Assembly (NCBI GenBank): GCA_964464735.1
Contig: CAYXKF010000002.1
Location: 3,833 to 67,832, forward strand
DNA length: 64,000 nucleotides
Reading direction: 5' to 3'
Source: an uncultured Candidatus Saccharibacteria bacterium
GTDB lineage: Bacteria; Patescibacteriota; Minisyncoccia; Phycocordibacterales; UBA1006
The translations under genes and the position numbers were made by a program. Under the pieces are notes generated by a model, which was given only the letters and a program-made list of their open reading frames with translations, was not told the origin of the DNA and did no database searches. Position 1 is the stretch's first letter. Every line of letters begins with the position of its first letter. Below, in pieces: positions 28,065 to 37,294 of the stretch.

Positions 28065-29768
28065 CTATGTAATAATATCATCTATCCGCACAAAATGCCC
28101 CCCGCCATTATAGGTATCCTTTTCGATCGTACCAACAATCACCATCGTCTGCCCGGCTTTTAATGAATCTTTTTCATAGGGCGCATAAAATGATACGGCG
28201 CGAAAGGTCTTTCCCGACTGATCCGATGCGATTATTTCAAGGTGGGTTTTGGTTTTTCCAAACCACTTAATATCTTTTATTAAGGCATTCGCAAAAGCAA
28301 AGATTGGCTTCTCATTCTCCATTCCAAACGGACGAAGTGGATCCAGAAATTCTATAATTGATGGTATCAAATCAAATTCTTCGATTGAATCGCACACCTG
28401 ATGCGTTTCTTCGTGTGCTTTTTTATCTTTCAATGAAAGATTCTGGAATGCTTCGACCAAGTCGCCAATTTTTGACGCACTGGTCGAAAAGCCCCCTGCC
28501 CCATGGTGACCGCCGTATTGGTCAAGGACTCCTTCTGGAATCATCGACAAAATATCAAGAACGCTTTCACCGTCATACGCACGGCATGAGGCGCGAATCG
28601 TATCCCCTTCGGTAGTCCACACACAGGTAGTCTTGTGATACCGATCGACCAGCGCAGACGCGACTAATCCAATAACGCCCGAGTGCCACGCATGATTGCC
28701 GATTAAAATAACATCGCCCAATTCGCGCTTGTCTAAATCTTTTTTTGCCTCTTTGGTAATCTGCGCGGTCAATTGTTTGCGCTCGTCATTTTTCGCATCC
28801 ATACGCGCGGCATATATTTTTGCATCGCGTTCAGTTGTTGCGGTAAGCAAATGGTACGCACCAATGGCGTCGCCCATGCGTGATGCGGCGTTTAACGTTG
28901 GCGCGATCGAAAAACCAATATCATCTTCGGTTACCTCGCCAAGGCGAATGCGCTTTAAGGCAAATAACGCGCGCAAGCCCGGGCGTTTTGTTTTGTTTAA
29001 CACCTTGATACCAAAATGCACCAGTGTGCGATTTTCTTTGACCAAGGGCACCATGTCGGCAATGGTTGCAACCGCAACGACATCAAGCGACCATTTTTCG
29101 AACCCATCGGGTAAATCTTTCACTAATTCGGAATTCATTTTGCGCAATGTGATGATCAGCGCGCGGACAAACTGATATGCAACACCCGCGCCGCAAATCA
29201 TCGGGTCGGCATAGTTCCCCAATTTTGGATGCACCACCGCATGCGCATCAGGTAACGTTTCGCCCATTTCATGGTGATCGGTCACGATGATAACGTGGCC
29301 ATTTTTTCGCAAACACGCAATCCCGTCATGAGACCGTACACCAACATCAACAGTAATTACCAAGGCATCCTTGCTCCAATCAGTAATCGTCTGGCATACC
29401 CGTGTCGAAACTCCGTACCCATCTTGCGCGCGGTCAGGAAAAAAGACCTTGTATTTTTTATACCCAACTGCAGTTAAAAAATCAGTAATCACGGTTGCAG
29501 CCGAAACACCGTCGGCATCATAGTCGGCATAAATGGCGATGCTTCGTTCTTCGCGAAGTGCGTCGATAAAACGCTCAACGCCACTTTGCATTCCTTCCAT
29601 CGAAAACGGATCAGCCAAGGTGTCGTATCCAACAGCTAAAAACGCTTCGATCAGTTCGAGCGTATGCAGGGCACGGCTGGCAAAAACCTTAAGCTGCCAA
29701 GGTAAATACTTTTTGCGCAGTTCGTCTTGTTGTATTGCCGAGTCGTCGACATGGATTATGGCGTTCAT
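28065..29768 (-). CDS. recJ: Single-stranded-DNA exonuclease RecJ
   Basis: YADYDADG, ITVDVG, TDHH, TIADMVPL..ENR, GGHHGAGG and PFGMEN. Confidence 0.95.
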   Translation of the reverse strand: MNAIIHVDDSAIQQDELRKKYLPWQLKVFASRALHTLELIEAFLAVGYDTLADPFSMEGMQSGVERFIDALREERSIAIYADYDADGVSAATVITDFLTAVGYKKYKVFFPDRAQDGYGVSTRVCQTITDWSKDALVITVDVGVRSHDGIACLRKNGHVIIVTDHHEMGETLPDAHAVVHPKLGNYADPMICGAGVAYQFVRALIITLRKMNSELVKDLPDGFEKWSLDVVAVATIADMVPLVKENRTLVHFGIKVLNKTKRPGLRALFALKRIRLGEVTEDDIGFSIAPTLNAASRMGDAIGAYHLLTATTERDAKIYAARMDAKNDERKQLTAQITKEAKKDLDKRELGDVILIGNHAWHSGVIGLVASALVDRYHKTTCVWTTEGDTIRASCRAYDGESVLDILSMIPEGVLDQYGGHHGAGGFSTSASKIGDLVEAFQNLSLKDKKAHEETHQVCDSIEEFDLIPSIIEFLDPLRPFGMENEKPIFAFANALIKDIKWFGKTKTHLEIIASDQSGKTFRAVSFYAPYEKDSLKAGQTMVIVGTIEKDTYNGGGHFVRIDDIIT

Positions 29769-29806
29769 GATTGTCTACTATAGCATAGGCATGCTAGTAT
29801 CTGGAT
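29769..29806. promoter_or_regulatory. Back-to-back extended -10 (leaderless-type) promoters for recJ and the HIT gene
   Basis: TGCTATAGT-8nt-ATG on the minus strand and TGCTAGTAT-6nt-ATG on the plus strand within a 38-bp gap. Confidence 0.6.
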
Positions 29807-30166
29807 ATGGACAATTGCGTGTTTTGTAAAATAGTAAAAAAAGAAATTCCCGCCCATATTGTGTACGAAGATGCTGATTTTATGGCATTTTTGGACATTC
29901 ACCCCCAATCACCAGGCCATGTACAAGTAATTCCTAAAAATCACATTCGCTGGGTTTGGGATCATCAAAACATTGCAGCGTACTACCAGCTGGTGCAAAA
30001 AATTGCACTTGCACAACGAAAAGCATTTGATACCGAATGGATCTTAAGCAAAGTCGTCGGCAACGAGGTTCCGCATGCGCATGTCTGGGTGTTTCCGTCA
30101 AACCAAGCACAAGGTAATCCGACCGATTTTGAAACAAATGCAGCCAAAATAAAAGCCACTCTGTAA
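29807..30166 (+). CDS. HIT family nucleotide hydrolase
   Basis: CVFCKI, AFLDIHP..PGH and VPHAHVW. Confidence 0.92.
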   Translation: MDNCVFCKIVKKEIPAHIVYEDADFMAFLDIHPQSPGHVQVIPKNHIRWVWDHQNIAAYYQLVQKIALAQRKAFDTEWILSKVVGNEVPHAHVWVFPSNQAQGNPTDFETNAAKIKATL

Positions 30167-30203
30167 AAAACAGAGCGGCTAATTTAGTACTAGCTGGCAC
30201 AAA

Positions 30204-30749
30204 TTACTTTTTCCCTTGTTTCTTCTTATTAATATTCCAACGAACTCTTATTTGATATATTTCCAATCTTTTTCTTTCAGCTTGAATCTTGTTAATTACC
30301 GAGGCATCGATAGACGGATTATCAAGCAAAGCGTTAAAAAGGTCATCGGGCTTTTGTGCATGTTTTTCAAATTGTCTGTAGATATATAATCTTTCTTTTA
30401 CATCTACAGCAATGTTCTTTAGCTCATATAGTTTTAACTTTTTAAGCAGTTTTATGGGAACTATGTTAAATGGCTCAAACATTAGAATCACCCTGATGCG
30501 AACCATAAGGTCCTGTATAATCTTGTCCTTATATCTTAGATGCCTATTATATTGTATTACTTGGCCTGAATCTGTATCAATTAGGTGCATTCCTAACGTT
30601 TGATGTAGATTTTTATTTGAATCTGATTCTCCATCACCTGCAGTATCCTGCTCGAGAAAATCATTAATAAGTACCAACATTCCCCATAATCTCGCAAAGG
30701 ATATTCGACTTAGATTGCCCCAAAAAATTATTTTATTGCTTTTTTTCAT
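30204..30749 (-). CDS. Hypothetical basic protein (AT-rich)
   Basis: 181-aa ORF with its own upstream TTGACA-like site. Confidence 0.5.
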   Translation of the reverse strand: MKKSNKIIFWGNLSRISFARLWGMLVLINDFLEQDTAGDGESDSNKNLHQTLGMHLIDTDSGQVIQYNRHLRYKDKIIQDLMVRIRVILMFEPFNIVPIKLLKKLKLYELKNIAVDVKERLYIYRQFEKHAQKPDDLFNALLDNPSIDASVINKIQAERKRLEIYQIRVRWNINKKKQGKK

Positions 30750-30813
30750 TTTGTTTCAGTTTAGAAAAACAATAACACATATACAATGAATGTCAATACC
30801 ATGCAGAACAAAA

Positions 30814-30839
30814 GAAAAACACCCTTTCGGGTGCTTTTC
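30814..30839 (-). terminator. Terminator after rplL
   Basis: GAAAAACACCC-TTTC-GGGTGCTTTTC. Confidence 0.75.
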
Positions 30840-30854
30840 ATGAGTGAAAAAAGA

Positions 30855-31247
30855 TTACTTGATCTCAACCTTTCCACCTGCTGCTTCAATTTTAGCCTTG
30901 ATAGCATCAGCTTCTTCTTTCTTAACACCTTCCTTAAGTTTAGCAGGAAGTGCTTCAACAAGGTCTTTAGCTTCTTTAAGGCCAAGACCAAGAAGCTCCT
31001 TAACTTCCTTCATCACCGGAATCTTCGCGCCACCATCGGCAACAAGCATAACAGTGAATTCAGTTTGAGCCTCGGCAGCTGGTGCCCCTGCTCCTGCACC
31101 GGCTACAGCAACCGCTGCAGCTGATACGCCAAACTTAGCTTCGAATACTTTTACTAATTCGTTCAAATCAAGAACTGACATTTGTTCGATTTCTGAAACG
31201 ATCTTTGAGAACTTCTCAGGTACGACTACGTTGTTTTCTTCTGACAT
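30855..31247 (-). CDS. rplL: 50S ribosomal protein L7/L12
   Basis: FGVSAAA and [12 protein letters not shown]. Confidence 0.98.
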   Translation of the reverse strand: MSEENNVVVPEKFSKIVSEIEQMSVLDLNELVKVFEAKFGVSAAAVAVAGAGAGAPAAEAQTEFTVMLVADGGAKIPVMKEVKELLGLGLKEAKDLVEALPAKLKEGVKKEEADAIKAKIEAAGGKVEIK

Positions 31248-31271
31248 AATGTTAGTGGTTAAAACCGATAA

Positions 31272-31757
31272 TTAAGCTCCTTTCTTTTCTGCGATCTGGC
31301 CCAATGCGATAACGAATGACTGGATCGGAGAATTGATAACGTTGACGAACATGCCGCGGAGTACGGGCATATCCGGAATAGTTGCAAGCGCGGTGATATC
31401 TGCTGCAGACTTTAACTGTCCTTCGAAAATACCTCCAGCCAATGCAATATTGTCCTTGTGGGTCTTTTGAAACTCAAAGACTTCACGGATCGGCGCAAGA
31501 ACGTCAGTTCCATACGCGATCGCAATATTGCCATCAAGGCCTGATACCGTAAAACCTGCTGCCTGAAGACCACGGTACAACAAAGTCTTTTTCAAGACCA
31601 AGTAACCAATACCTTTTGACGCAAGATTTTTGCGCAATTCGGTAGTAGCACCGCTATCCAAGTTCTTAAACTGCACAAACGTAAGTGTTTTTGCTTCTTT
31701 AAGAATATCAGCAAGCTTGCCGGTAATAGCACGCTTTTTCTCTTTTGTTACTGCCAT
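31272..31757 (-). CDS. rplJ: 50S ribosomal protein L10
   Basis: ELRK.L..YLVLKKTL and LATIP; directly upstream of rplL. Confidence 0.93.
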   Translation of the reverse strand: MAVTKEKKRAITGKLADILKEAKTLTFVQFKNLDSGATTELRKNLASKGIGYLVLKKTLLYRGLQAAGFTVSGLDGNIAIAYGTDVLAPIREVFEFQKTHKDNIALAGGIFEGQLKSAADITALATIPDMPVLRGMFVNVINSPIQSFVIALGQIAEKKGA

Positions 31758-31803
31758 AAGAGAAAATACTGTTTATGAATGATTAAAGAACGACCTTTTA
31801 ATT

Positions 31804-31868
31804 CTAGGAAAGAGCTTCGGTAAGCTGTAATTTCAAGGGCTTACGCCCGCTTACTGTCTTTAGCCTAG
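31804..31868 (-). promoter_or_regulatory. L10 leader (autogenous control RNA)
   Basis: Minus strand reads CTAGG.TAAAGACAGTAAGC...GCTTACCGAAG...CCTAG, matching the AGACAGUA..UACCGA kink-turn core upstream of rplJ. Confidence 0.75.
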
Positions 31869-31886
31869 TACCCAGTACTTTACTGA

Positions 31887-32138
31887 TTATTTGATTAAAG
31901 TCAACTCCTTACCTGTCTTATGTTTATAGAGTTGCATAATATACTGAAGCTGCTCAGTAATATCCAAAAACTCCCGCTCTTCGTCGTCATCAAGCTCGCG
32001 ATCAGTAGAAAGCTGTTCAAGGTCGCCCTTAAGAAGTTGAGCTCTGATAAACAAATCTTCAGCATCCCATGAATCGTATGACTGATTAAGATTATTAAGC
32101 ACCTTTTCAAATTTAAATTGAGGGCCTTTGAAATTCAT
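31887..32138 (-). CDS. Small acidic hypothetical protein
   Basis: 83-aa ORF abutting rpiB. Confidence 0.55.
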   Translation of the reverse strand: MNFKGPQFKFEKVLNNLNQSYDSWDAEDLFIRAQLLKGDLEQLSTDRELDDDEEREFLDITEQLQYIMQLYKHKTGKELTLIK

Positions 32139-32139
32139 A

Positions 32140-32577
32140 CTACATGTCCATTTTTTCGATGCGTCGTTCGTGCCGCCCGCCTTCGAACTGAGTATTTAAA
32201 AATAATTGAACTGCTTCTTTTGCCTCGTCTCCGTTAACAAAACCCGCCCCAAGCGAAAGAATGTTTGCATCATTATGCATACGGGCAAGTTTTACAATCT
32301 CAAGGTTGCCACCATAATATTCGATTGCTCGAACCCCATCAAAACGGTTTGCGATCATTGCTTCTCCTTCACCTGATTTGCCCAAGATGATACCACACGA
32401 GTCAGCGTCAATTTGAACCGCCTCTGCGACTGGTTTTATAAAATCAGGATAATCATCAGTCTCGTCATATTTAAAAGCACCCTTGTCGATTATGTCATGC
32501 CCAAGACCACTTAAATATTCTTTAAGCTTTTCTTTTAATTCAAATCCAGCATGATCGGTTCCTAAGTAGATTTTCAT
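32140..32577 (-). CDS. rpiB: Ribose-5-phosphate isomerase B (Glu-type active site)
   Basis: GTDHAGFELK, DDYPD, GKSGEGE.MIANR, ARMHNDAN and FEGGRHERR. Confidence 0.95.
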   Translation of the reverse strand: MKIYLGTDHAGFELKEKLKEYLSGLGHDIIDKGAFKYDETDDYPDFIKPVAEAVQIDADSCGIILGKSGEGEAMIANRFDGVRAIEYYGGNLEIVKLARMHNDANILSLGAGFVNGDEAKEAVQLFLNTQFEGGRHERRIEKMDM

Positions 32578-32578
32578 A

Positions 32579-32884
32579 TTATTTTCCATCATCACCCTTA
32601 GCAATAATACGCTTCTCAAATCCCCCGCGCTTTTCGCGTTTTTGTGCTTGAACCAAAAGTACGTCTGAAAATTCAGGAAGCTTCTTCAATGCATCAACGA
32701 CTTCCAGAATATCAGCCAGCTCCTCGACATTTTTGTCAGCCAAGAATTCCTGAATTTCCTCACCAAGTTTTGTTATAAGAGCTTCCTTGTACTCTAAGTC
32801 GTCAGCAATCCGCTTTTCGTACGGAATATTTTTACTATCAAGCATTTCAGGAATCTTGTCGCGAACTAACTTTTCGTATTTCAT
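32579..32884 (-). CDS. MazG-like nucleoside-triphosphate pyrophosphohydrolase
   Basis: KLVRDKIPE, KLGEE, EELADILEV and KRGGF. Confidence 0.88.
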   Translation of the reverse strand: MKYEKLVRDKIPEMLDSKNIPYEKRIADDLEYKEALITKLGEEIQEFLADKNVEELADILEVVDALKKLPEFSDVLLVQAQKREKRGGFEKRIIAKGDDGK

Positions 32885-33915
32885 ACATGCTGCCCGGTCT
32901 TGATAACATGGTCAACCAACGTTCGCGTGTACCCCATCTCGTTGTCATACCATGCCAACACTTTTACCAGGTCCCCGTCGATTACCCGCGTCATTTCAAG
33001 ATCAGCAATAGATGCAAATTCACTTCCCAAAATATCAGATGACACTAACGGCTCTGCAGTTACGCCAAACAACTTACCCCAACGCGTACTTTTTGCCGCA
33101 TCTTTTAAAATCTGATTTACCTCGTCAACGGTTGTTTTTCGTTTTGCCACAAACGTTACGTCAACAATCGATCCGGCCGGCACGGGAACCCGCAATGAAA
33201 TGCCATCGAATTTTCCTGTAAGCGATGGGTACGCCTTAGTAACCGCAATTGCTGCACCGGTTGAACTTGGCACAATGTTTTGTGCGGCCGCGCGTCCTTC
33301 ACGCAAATCTTTTTTACTTGGACCGTCCACCAACGCCTGCGAAGCAGTGTATCCATGGGTAGTCGAGAGTATTGCTTTTTGAATCCCAATCGCGTCGTCC
33401 AAAATGCCAATCAGTGGGCTTGCCGCATTGGTAGTGCATGATGCATTACTGGTGATATCACAGGTGCCAAACTTTTCTTCATTTACTCCAAGCAAAATAG
33501 TTTCGCCATGCACCAGCGCGCCCGCTTCACCTTCTTTTGCCGGAGCGGTAATAACCACTTTTTTCGCGCCGCAATCAATGTGGAATTTTGCCTTGTCGTA
33601 TGATGTAAATAATCCGGTTGATTCGACAACGACATCGACATTTAATTCTTTCCACGGCAATTTGGTTGTATCTTTTTCTGACACAAATCGAACGGGATGC
33701 CCTCCAATAATAATGTGCGTGCCGTCGTTTGTAACATCGTACTTCCAAGTTCGATATACCGTATCGTATTTTAAAAGATACGAAAGCGATTCGATCGTAC
33801 CCAAATCGTTTACTGCAACGACATCAATCTCTGGACGTTCCCAAGCAAGTTTTAAAAACGCACGGCCGATACGGCCAAACCCATTAATCGCAACGCGGAT
33901 TTTTTTAGATTCCAT
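32881..33915 (-). CDS. gap: Glyceraldehyde-3-phosphate dehydrogenase type I
   Basis: INGFGRIGR, SNASCTTN and WYDNEMGY. Confidence 0.98.
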   Translation of the reverse strand: MESKKIRVAINGFGRIGRAFLKLAWERPEIDVVAVNDLGTIESLSYLLKYDTVYRTWKYDVTNDGTHIIIGGHPVRFVSEKDTTKLPWKELNVDVVVESTGLFTSYDKAKFHIDCGAKKVVITAPAKEGEAGALVHGETILLGVNEEKFGTCDITSNASCTTNAASPLIGILDDAIGIQKAILSTTHGYTASQALVDGPSKKDLREGRAAAQNIVPSSTGAAIAVTKAYPSLTGKFDGISLRVPVPAGSIVDVTFVAKRKTTVDEVNQILKDAAKSTRWGKLFGVTAEPLVSSDILGSEFASIADLEMTRVIDGDLVKVLAWYDNEMGYTRTLVDHVIKTGQHV

Positions 33916-33946
33916 ATATCATTATTATACCAACTTTCGCGCATAC

Positions 33947-33977
33947 AAAAAAGCCGCCTTATTAAGCAGCGGCTTTT
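33947..33977 (-). terminator. Terminator-like hairpin
   Basis: AAAAGCCGC...GCGGCTTTT. Confidence 0.65.
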
Positions 33978-33983
33978 CTACAT

Positions 33984-34394
33984 TTACCCTACTGTAGTTC
34001 TTCCGTCACAAAAGTGACAACTAAATGATGAGCCAGGAAGTATCCCCTCATCTACATGATAGGTACATGACACAGTACCTTTCCCTTTTTTGCAAATAAC
34101 GCATTGGTGTGGACCATCCTTAATATGCAAACTTAAGAAGAATGGTTTTTGGCAAGTATTGCAATACATTTTTTCCTTGCCTGCAGCACGGATTTTGGCT
34201 ATTTCAACATGTAAGTCATAAAATTTATAATCCCTACCGCCACAGTTAGGGCATGCCGCACAATCTGTGCCGCTTACCAGGAGATTATCCCAGATTTCTT
34301 TCCCTGTCTTAGGGTCAATCTTGGGATCATTATCCTCAATAGGATCATCCAGAAAAACAACATACAGTAAAGTAATGCTCAAATTTTTTCTCAT
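33984..34394 (-). CDS. Cys-rich multi-zinc-ribbon hypothetical protein
   Basis: CPNC, CNTC, CVIC and CHFC motifs. Confidence 0.55.
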   Translation of the reverse strand: MRKNLSITLLYVVFLDDPIEDNDPKIDPKTGKEIWDNLLVSGTDCAACPNCGGRDYKFYDLHVEIAKIRAAGKEKMYCNTCQKPFFLSLHIKDGPHQCVICKKGKGTVSCTYHVDEGILPGSSFSCHFCDGRTTVG

Positions 34395-34456
34395 ACAAGT
34401 GGATTTTTGCAAATACTACACTTAAGTATCCTTTTGTCAATTACCCCCTTTACCGT

Positions 34457-37201
34457 CTAGTAACCTGCCTTCTTGTATTTAGCCATAACTTCAGATTCGA
34501 CTTCATCACGCGGACGACCGTACTTAAGGTATGATAACTGCTTGATGTTCTCGACTTGCTCTTTGTTTGATGGCGGATAGTTTTCGGTAACCATATTAAA
34601 CGGTTTTACCGGCTGGCCGCCTGCCAGCATCGACAAATACGCATTGCGGTTATCCAACTTGGTGATATCTTCCCAACTAAACGTCGGCTTCACGCGCGGT
34701 TCAAGCGCTTTTGCATCTTCGGAACTGATGCGAAAGATCGCCATTGAGCCCACGTTACCCAATACCGCGTCGCGGATGTTGTCTTTAAGCTGCGCCATAA
34801 ACTGGTGCGCCATGTTAATCGACAGACGATATTTGCGGGCTTCAGACAAGATGCTTGAGATTGCTGGTGTTGTCACGTTTTGAAACTCGTCGATATACAA
34901 GAAAAAGTCTTCGAACTTTTTACCGTAACTGTCTACGCGCGAAAGCGCGGCCATTTGGATTTTTCCGACGATCACCATACCAATTAAGTTTGCATTGAGT
35001 TCACCTAGGCGGCCCTTAGAAAGATTTACCAAAAGGATCTTTTTATTGTCCATTACTTCGCGCATATTAAAGGCAGATTTTTCCTGCAGCACAACCGGAC
35101 GCATGATTTCGTTTGAAATAAATGGGTCAAACTTTGATGAAATGTACGGCACAAAGTTCGACAGCGATTGTTCGCCCGAGGTTTCCTCGGCGCTTTTCCA
35201 AAATTGGTGCACGATCGGGTTGGTACAGTGCGACAATTTCATATCGCGAAATTCTTTTTCGGCAATCACGCGTGTGATTTCAAGCAGTGTGCAGCCCGAT
35301 TCAGGATGCGACATAACCGCCATTGCGGCATTTTTAAAGTACTGCTGAAACATCGCGCCTCCCTGCTGCTCCATGTTAAACAACTGATTAAAGATACCCA
35401 TCAGCTCGTCGATGACCAGCGATTTTTGTTCGGGACGGTCGGCATCAAATTCAAGCATGTTTAAGCCAATCGGCCGCGGCGTGTAGGCCGGGTCAAAGTA
35501 AATGACATCATCCATACGCTCGGGCGGAATAAACGACAAGATGGTTTGAATGTCAGTACCGTGTGGGTCGATGTAACACACCCCATGCCCGGCTTTAATA
35601 TCTTGCGCGATCATGTTCATAAAGATACCCGTCTTACCAGTACCAGTTTGACCTATTACATAAAAGTGGCGCATGCGGTCTTCGGGCGCAAAGTGAATTT
35701 TGGTAACTTTGTTTTGGTACACGTTTTCGCCCAAAATAATCCCTTGGTCGGATAGTTCGATCGGCGGCGGCGCAACTGCAGCCTTTGACTGTTTAAGTTC
35801 GGCTTGGTCTTCGACCGTTGCCGGAAAGTGAAACAATGTTGCCAGTTCTTTAAAATTTAATGTAAGCCGTTCGCGGCGGTTGTATAGCCGGTATGAAAAG
35901 CTGTGCAAAAAGTCCTGCAGTCCCGATTTGCTTGGCTCGGTAAAATGCAGCCCCGTTGATGTTGTGTCGGTAAACTGGTTAAAGGCCGACTTCATGTCAT
36001 CCAAAATTTGCCGCGCTCGCGCTTCGGTTTGCGCTGATGCAACAATGCGCACGTGTGATTCGATAATGGTCGATTTTAACTTCTCACTGATGCTGGTAAC
36101 GTAATCTTGGTGCGCTTCGGGTTTTTCTTTTTTACTGTCGTCAAACAAGATCGAACCGACGTCGGACAAAAACTGGGTATGCAATTGGGTTACGTATGCA
36201 ATTGCCTTTTTAAGCTTTTTGCCTTTTTTAACTTCGTCCAAAATCTGACCATATTCTTTAATCAAAGTCTGCCCGACCGGCATTACAACAAACTGTATTG
36301 CGGCACCTTCGCCCTTTTTCTCGATCTTCGAAAACGCGTTCAAAAGCACATGCAATGGGTCATGCTCGATATGGTCATATGTCTTAAGTTGCAGCACGTC
36401 GGATACCGTTGCCTGCGCATACGCCCCGACCGATGCGCCGCCTTCGCAAAAAATATTATAGTCATCAAACACTTCTGTGATTTTTACGTCGTGATACAAC
36501 GCATTCACCTGCTTTTCAAAAAGACTGACCTTATGGTTTGGCACGCATGCATAAAACACAATGTGCGGTGAACTATTAGCCATTGCAATTTCAAGGGTAA
36601 AATAATTACGGTCCCGATTGTTCGCATCGCCCGCCACCGCAAGCATGCCGGCATAAAATTGCTCCATCAATTGGATCAATTCTTTATAGCCTTGCTTTTT
36701 GTCTTCGCTTGGGCGAGGCAGCGTCACTTCGAACAAACGCATATCGATTGCCTTGTATAATTCTTGACTTGGTGAAAGCCCTGGCAGCTTATGCTGCGAG
36801 ACTAGGTATTCTGACAAAAAGCGCTGAAAGTCGTCATCAAGGTGCGGATCTTGCATGTGTGTCACCACTTCAAGCGCACTTTTGACACCATGTTCCATCA
36901 TGATGCCGTACAGTTCGCCAATGCGATCGTCGTGCGTTTCAGGCGACAACCGAAGCGTCAGGCTGTGTTCTTCGACGGGCATGCTTTTATGCAGCGCATC
37001 AAGCACTTCGGCTTTTTTTGCCGACTTGTATGACTTAATAAGTTCAAGCGCCATTTTATTTTCTTCGTCCTGGGTCGGCTCGCGATGCTCGACTTTAGTA
37101 AAGTCTTCATGCTTTTTTACCATTTGTGTTCGCAAAAATTCCAGCTCGTCAGCCGGAGACTTTGGCTTTTCGGGCATCCCCGCTTTTGAAGGGTTAAACA
37201 T
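34457..37201 (-). CDS. Large VirB4/VirD4(TrwB)/HerA-like ATPase of the type common in CPR
   Basis: DRMRHFYVIGQTGTGKT (Walker A), IDPHG, LYIDEFQN (Walker B) and SEARKYR. Confidence 0.9.
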   Translation of the reverse strand: MFNPSKAGMPEKPKSPADELEFLRTQMVKKHEDFTKVEHREPTQDEENKMALELIKSYKSAKKAEVLDALHKSMPVEEHSLTLRLSPETHDDRIGELYGIMMEHGVKSALEVVTHMQDPHLDDDFQRFLSEYLVSQHKLPGLSPSQELYKAIDMRLFEVTLPRPSEDKKQGYKELIQLMEQFYAGMLAVAGDANNRDRNYFTLEIAMANSSPHIVFYACVPNHKVSLFEKQVNALYHDVKITEVFDDYNIFCEGGASVGAYAQATVSDVLQLKTYDHIEHDPLHVLLNAFSKIEKKGEGAAIQFVVMPVGQTLIKEYGQILDEVKKGKKLKKAIAYVTQLHTQFLSDVGSILFDDSKKEKPEAHQDYVTSISEKLKSTIIESHVRIVASAQTEARARQILDDMKSAFNQFTDTTSTGLHFTEPSKSGLQDFLHSFSYRLYNRRERLTLNFKELATLFHFPATVEDQAELKQSKAAVAPPPIELSDQGIILGENVYQNKVTKIHFAPEDRMRHFYVIGQTGTGKTGIFMNMIAQDIKAGHGVCYIDPHGTDIQTILSFIPPERMDDVIYFDPAYTPRPIGLNMLEFDADRPEQKSLVIDELMGIFNQLFNMEQQGGAMFQQYFKNAAMAVMSHPESGCTLLEITRVIAEKEFRDMKLSHCTNPIVHQFWKSAEETSGEQSLSNFVPYISSKFDPFISNEIMRPVVLQEKSAFNMREVMDNKKILLVNLSKGRLGELNANLIGMVIVGKIQMAALSRVDSYGKKFEDFFLYIDEFQNVTTPAISSILSEARKYRLSINMAHQFMAQLKDNIRDAVLGNVGSMAIFRISSEDAKALEPRVKPTFSWEDITKLDNRNAYLSMLAGGQPVKPFNMVTENYPPSNKEQVENIKQLSYLKYGRPRDEVESEVMAKYKKAGY

Positions 37202-37249
37202 GCTGCCATTATATCACGATAAAATAAAAATCGCTGAAATATTCATAAC

Positions 37250-37275
37250 AAAACCCGCACCGAGGTGCGGGTTTT
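37250..37275 (-). terminator. Terminator after the surface-protein gene
   Basis: AAAACCCGCAC-CGAG-GTGCGGGTTTT. Confidence 0.88.
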
Positions 37276-37294
37276 GAAAGTAGAATGATACTTA

